A stretch of 53,818 bases of DNA from an uncultured Candidatus Saccharibacteria bacterium (GTDB lineage Bacteria > Patescibacteriota > Minisyncoccia > Phycocordibacterales > Phycocordibacteraceae). The notes beneath the pieces were generated by a model. That model was not told where the DNA came from and ran no database searches. It saw nothing but the letters and a program-made list of their open reading frames with translations. Positions 53,101 to 53,818 of this stretch are shown piece after piece. The DNA is taken from contig CAYOCH010000004.1 of the NCBI GenBank assembly GCA_964402535.1, positions 1-53,818 of the forward strand, given 5' to 3'. Both the position numbers and the translations under genes were made by a program. The first letter of the stretch is position 1. Each line of letters begins with the position of its first letter.

Positions 53101-53818
53101 TATCTCGAGCAACAATCCGATGCTGACCGTGAGCCACACGGCGAACGCCGCGTACCCCTATGCCGGCATCCAGCTGAATCACTTCACGACCTTCGGCAAT
53201 CAGGGAGGCGCGGACATCTCGTTTGCGAATAACGGCGTGACCGAGGGGTTGATCCAATTCGATTCGGACCTCGGCATCCCGAACAACTTCAGGATCGAGA
53301 ACCAGACCGCGACCGGCCCGATCACGTTCGCGACTAACGGCGCTTCGCCGACCGAACGGATGAGGATAACCAGTGGAGGAAATATCGGCATCGGCACCAC
53401 TTCTCCTGCGGGTCGACTTTCGATTAACACGCCGGGGTCGGGGTCAGGGCAGGCGTTCATTGTCGATACATCGACGGCGAGCGACGGCCGATATAGCTTC
53501 GTCGTGCAAGATAACGGCAACGTCGGTATCGGCGTGCGGAATCCGTCACAAGCGCTCCAGCTCGGCAACTGGTCAGGCAATTTCACGCCGAAGCTTGAAC
53601 TTGACTATAGCTATGCGACGTATGGTTCGACATACGCTGGCACGCTCTTCCATGCAGGGAATAGCGCCGGTGTGCAGGGAACCGGTGGCTTGCAGATACA
53701 GTCAATCGGGAACAGCTCGATCGTATTCTCAAACGGAACGACCGTCCGCCAAATCATCGACCAGAACGGCAACGTCGGCATCGGGACGACGAGTCCGGAT
53801 CGGCCACTGACGGTCGTC
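50156..53818 (+). CDS. Giant membrane-anchored surface fibre-like protein, 5' partial (1,221 codons in the window, no stop): HTH_17-like N-terminus, one TM, an Ala-rich stalk and a tail-fibre-like repeat region
   Basis: I translated the frame by hand from ATG 50156 (in-frame TAG at 50135-50137 upstream) to base 53818 and found no stop. HTH STSEASSISGCHADYIARLARAKKISGRRIGRNWFVDRQSLLAFI. TM FMAIAAAFLVVGAGAIMA (50507-50560). Six copies of N-[VI]-GIG-TTSP. The third codon position is strongly G/C. The ORF is not in the supplied track. Confidence 0.85.
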   Translation, partial: MTSLLNDHLISTSEASSISGCHADYIARLARAKKISGRRIGRNWFVDRQSLLAFIEEQGGRKSDYARALAHARAKEFEAHQAPVARVIRAVEKPVVRLTARASEPEFDIPGASMSSHFMAIAAAFLVVGAGAIMAQSSVIPQAAERVALVATQASIGFAVAFGEVPSRLNSDMNAATSHVATVVDRVASGEASTTHAIAPTIAIDLSALPAPAVATIDVRAHRVPMPVVPADEQVLTVEELKTSAVAAVGTFASPTRAIGAAHDAYVALGTAGYRAIVESLLAYRALLAHAGDRALALGSVTRDTIAASPRMIASMNLALGELAVGASRAAIRADVSLAYGTAAAAPATARATVALIGNTGDAIELATARLAYGAPERIAQAVFDTEVAIARPIVALNEELEGAYIAAVYHTGYATESTASGALALADRAAQALPGQVRPSEMLASAGAAARDAYLGALGKSAVALESLTRSSGLAAALSAGEQVALATYESINGFFSTTSRAIASLFGSTSSVTSSPLVPVTAANSPRVAVAPVASSTPRAAAPARAPAPIINSYPSYVTTVNGVSQSYVDSAVMNMRNGILATVSGMVQPIATQTVINQNTIQQVNMIQRLGGLIVDNGVFNGGTFDKGNITNGIAVTSANGTFTNLAAGATTLATTTVSGDLTLSGILTANTKAVAPYFVATASNATSTFAGAVGIGTTSPAGLLHLASTAQRNILVADGTAGRVYFGTSTNPFMRVDEIGGGGMVSIAASGAMEGLSIIGSTWPNSALSFSGIDYQGLNYRDRGALYYEAAQGGQYGSLVLTTSRTDIPLQLQSNGGNVGIGTTSPDALLALQQTVNGVPFISAYRATDAAPAGDFINYKTKSGTTLFRVDNSGNLMAGGIINTGSQTITSVTSPQFRVQYDASHEITTSVSSTGTTTLGVTNGLVFTPTNNGVNTFNFTNALGTNSILSVDTLNKRVGIGTTSPMSLQTIALADGGAISSNNPMLTVSHTANAAYPYAGIQLNHFTTFGNQGGADISFANNGVTEGLIQFDSDLGIPNNFRIENQTATGPITFATNGASPTERMRITSGGNIGIGTTSPAGRLSINTPGSGSGQAFIVDTSTASDGRYSFVVQDNGNVGIGVRNPSQALQLGNWSGNFTPKLELDYSYATYGSTYAGTLFHAGNSAGVQGTGGLQIQSIGNSSIVFSNGTTVRQIIDQNGNVGIGTTSPDRPLTVV

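Noticed and set aside
50261-53586. Minus-strand and off-frame ORFs listed by the track across the last 3.6 kb (for example 51569..52543-, 52559..53257-, 53373..53810+).
   Set aside because: All overlap the uninterrupted plus-strand frame from 50156, which has coherent domain architecture, repeats and G/C-rich third positions. The listed ORFs are Arg/Gly/Asp-rich shadows.
1-53818. Search for CRISPR arrays, transposases, integrases, toxin-antitoxin pairs or known defence genes.
   Set aside because: No regularly spaced direct repeats and no recognisable transposase, integrase, Cas or restriction motifs were seen. The only mobile-element signature is the LAGLIDADG-like gene in the rRNA spacer.

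Overview
This is a 53.8-kb, high-GC bacterial segment coded almost entirely on the plus strand. The divergent 16S rRNA 3' end, the unlinked rRNA/tRNA-Ile arrangement, the endonuclease-bearing spacer and the gene content resemble a Candidate Phyla Radiation (Patescibacteria/Parcubacteria-like) genome; that taxonomic call is inference. Gene order: (1) 16S 3' end (1-583). (2) A lower-GC spacer island with a hypothetical ORF and a LAGLIDADG-like endonuclease whose stop codon lies inside tRNA-Ile(GAU) (2376-2451). (3) A PrcB-like protein, murD and murC. (4) Two minus-strand genes, one apparently frameshifted. (5) rsmI and a small membrane protein. (6) A TraD/VirD4-like ATPase and a ComEA-HhH/PKD/lamin-tail protein. 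(7) A ~31-kb surface-glycan locus (11.3-42.5 kb) with an SDR, a B12-radical-SAM enzyme, 9 GT-A/GT-B glycosyltransferases plus a GT-C-like membrane protein, a CapE/F/G-like triad, gmd, an AsnB-like amidotransferase, GtrA/GtrB-like genes, 8 methyltransferases, a Wzx flippase and a Wzy_C+TPR ligase-like protein. (8) murB. (9) An AT-rich spacer with a 26-codon Lys/Ala micro-ORF. (10) secA, obg and gatB. (11) A tail-anchored HTH protein. (12) A 455-bp AT-rich non-coding island. (13) A plus-strand ORF of at least 1,221 codons (50156 to window end) that is absent from the supplied ORF track. Its architecture is a cytoplasmic HTH, one TM segment, an Ala-rich stalk and a fibre region with repeated NVGIGTTSP motifs. 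Other main observations: the 16S 3' tail lacks CCUCC; a TAnnnT hexamer recurs 6-10 nt upstream of start codons (leaderless-type promoters); three perfect TTATCCACA boxes sit only in the AT-rich non-coding patches; and long perfect palindromes abut promoters. No CRISPR array, transposase or integrase was seen. All function calls come from motif recognition by eye, with no database search.
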